IMG/VR virus record: IMGVR_UViG_3300020735_000006
Span: 1 to 35,949 of that record
Strand: one strand, 5' to 3'
DNA: 35,949 nucleotides
Source: a virus
Taxonomy: Duplodnaviria > Heunggongvirae > Uroviricota > Caudoviricetes
Position 1 is the first letter of the stretch, and every line of letters begins with the position of its first letter. The notes below the pieces were generated by a model. The model was not told the origin of the DNA, did not search any database, and saw nothing but the letters and a program-made list of their open reading frames with translations. The position numbers and the translations under genes were made by a program. Below, piece after piece: positions 34,320-35,949 of the stretch.

Positions 34320-34890
34320 TTATCTATCGGGTCAATGATCGTGCGTGAGCACACAGACGGAGGTTCTGCTGTTGAAAGTGAATCCGTGTAGCGTAATGCT
34401 ACACGCTCGGCCAATTTTCAGGATAGACGGTAGGATGAGTCCTAAGTAGCGTAAAGCAGTTCCTTTCGGCGCGAAATACAGATGTGCTCTCCTTCTCGAG
34501 ACAAACATAGTTGGACCTACGGCGTAAAAACTGCAACTATGTTCCTGAAAACCTTTTATGTTTGTATAGTGGCTACAATGGAACAACACTGAACTTGCTA
34601 TGATGCCGGTCGACGCAAGAGGTGCCATGAAGAGTTGGGGCTACCGCAGGTTCAAGCACTGAATACAAACACCTAATTCGCCCATAACGGATTTGACTAA
34701 CTCGCCTTGTACCAAGGAACTTAAATGTTCCGCCGCGGTACGGGAAGTGATTTAAGGAGTAAGTCGTCAACAGACCCCCGGGAGCCATTCGGCGGTTAAG
34801 TTCTTAACCCGGTAAAATAAATAAGAGTGAGTTCTGCCAGTAACTTTCACAAGGACAAGAGTGTAGCTTGCTACCACTCCACTGGCACCT
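34320..34890 (+). ncRNA. Candidate structured non-coding RNA region
   Basis: No convincing CDS; nested 7-9 bp stems (34415/34551, 34505/34542, 34559/34671, 34590/34654, 34835/34887). Confidence 0.5.
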
Positions 34891-34910
34891 ATTTTATATA
34901 TAGAATATAG

Positions 34911-34939
34911 TTGACTACGTTTTCTATTTGCTATATAAT
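34911..34939 (+). promoter_or_regulatory. Sigma70 promoter, predicts leaderless mRNA
   Basis: TTGACT-17 nt-TATAAT; ATG 7 nt downstream, no RBS. Confidence 0.75.
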
Positions 34940-34945
34940 ATACAG

Positions 34946-35949
34946 ATGAATCATATAGAAACCAATGATAAACTAGGCTACTATACAGTAGGCCAAGAAA
35001 AAATCCATCATAAGCCAATTGCTTTGATGCGAGCCACCGAAACTAATCAATTTCCCGAATGGCACTTTAATAGAGAAGTTCTTAACGCACATACATGGGA
35101 CCAAGAACCCGAAGTTTCCTTACAGGAACTGTATCGTATACGTGCTCAACAGATTCGTGACAAATACGATTATATTAGACTAGAGTTTAGCGGCGGCGCC
35201 GATAGCACAGTAGTATTATATTCGTTTATTAACAATGGAATTCATCTTGACGAAATTGTAACACGATGGCCTAAAACTGCTGGAGAAAAATTTGTACCAG
35301 CAGATCCGTATAATTACAAACCCGAAAATAGTTTAAGTGAGTGGGAGTATGCGGCTAAACCATTACTTGAATGGGTGAAAACACATTCGCCTAATACAAA
35401 AATTACAATACACGATTACTCAGATGACATGCTCACTGGCGAGCATGATGAATCGTGGGTGTATAATGTCAAGGATTGGTTACTTCCTAGTTATCAGTTT
35501 AAAACAAGTATCCATGCAATGGATGAGCACAAACGAACATTAGACCGAGGAAAATCTGTATGTATACTTTGGGGTGTAGATAAACCTAAATTATGTATTA
35601 AAGACGGTAAATGGTATGTATACTATATGGATACCCAGGCTAATAATTGTAGTTCTGACATTGGTGTTTACTCTAATGCTACTAATGAATATTTCTTTTG
35701 GTCACCAGACTTGCCTGAAATTGTAAGTAAACAAGCGCATACTATAAAAAATTGGTTTGAATTACCAACTAACAAGTATTTGCAACATTTAGTACGTTGG
35801 CCTAACCATTCTTTAGCGCAACGTGCTACATATGAACAGATAGTAAAACCACTGATTTTTCCCGAATACGATCCTACTACGTTCCAGTGTTCTAAACCTA
35901 GTAGCAATTTTTATAATGAAATGGATGCGTGGTTTTATAATAATTTTCA
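34946..35949 (+). CDS. PP-loop (adenine nucleotide alpha-hydrolase-like) protein, 3' truncated by window (not in ORF track)
   Basis: Frame open to window end; RLEFSGGADSTVVL contains SGGxDS. Confidence 0.75.
   Translation, partial: MNHIETNDKLGYYTVGQEKIHHKPIALMRATETNQFPEWHFNREVLNAHTWDQEPEVSLQELYRIRAQQIRDKYDYIRLEFSGGADSTVVLYSFINNGIHLDEIVTRWPKTAGEKFVPADPYNYKPENSLSEWEYAAKPLLEWVKTHSPNTKITIHDYSDDMLTGEHDESWVYNVKDWLLPSYQFKTSIHAMDEHKRTLDRGKSVCILWGVDKPKLCIKDGKWYVYYMDTQANNCSSDIGVYSNATNEYFFWSPDLPEIVSKQAHTIKNWFELPTNKYLQHLVRWPNHSLAQRATYEQIVKPLIFPEYDPTTFQCSKPSSNFYNEMDAWFYNNF

Noticed and set aside
25930-34788. Many 60-140 aa ORFs in the track overlapping tRNAs and the repeat array (e.g. 25930-, 27861-, 28424-, 29171-, 31890+, 33180+, 33539+, 34073+, 34332-, 34573-)
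   Set aside because: Shadow frames of RNA genes; no RBS, non-ATG starts, and recurring TILKH/FNMV strings are simply translations of the repeat
32605-34890. tmRNA, RNase P RNA, SRP RNA or rRNA
   Set aside because: No ANDENYALAA-like tag with G3-U70 ends, no GAGGAAAGUCC motif, no SRP helix-8 or rRNA signature found by eye

Overview
Window from a large AT-rich T4-like myophage genome, almost all on the + strand. 1-14.2 kb is a morphogenesis block: dNMP kinase fragment, tail sheath, tail tube, head-completion nuclease, HNH, terminase large subunit, with T4-late-type (T)ATAAATA promoters. 14.2-23.7 kb holds ssDNA-binding protein, UvsX, UvsY and accessory modification enzymes. 23.8-34.9 kb is an RNA island with 28 tRNAs covering all 20 amino acids, interleaved with accessory genes (rubrerythrin/rubredoxin, endonuclease, radical SAM). 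Two unexplained systems stand out. (1) An array of about 10 alternating inverted repeats (consensus ACYATATTRAAAYRYAYTY and its complement) forming 16-22 bp stems with G-U pairs and compensatory changes. The stems box unique structured RNA payloads (a real tRNA, pseudo-tRNAs, unknown folds), alternate with tRNA-like RNAs carrying swapped domains, lie downstream of duplicated sigma70 promoters with rrn-like boxA, and show signs of cassette insertion and duplication. (2) A 51-codon leader peptide containing all 20 amino acids whose stop codon sits at the apex of an antiterminator upstream of most tRNAs, a candidate pan-tRNA-depletion attenuator. All calls are by eye; no database searches or folding programs were run.
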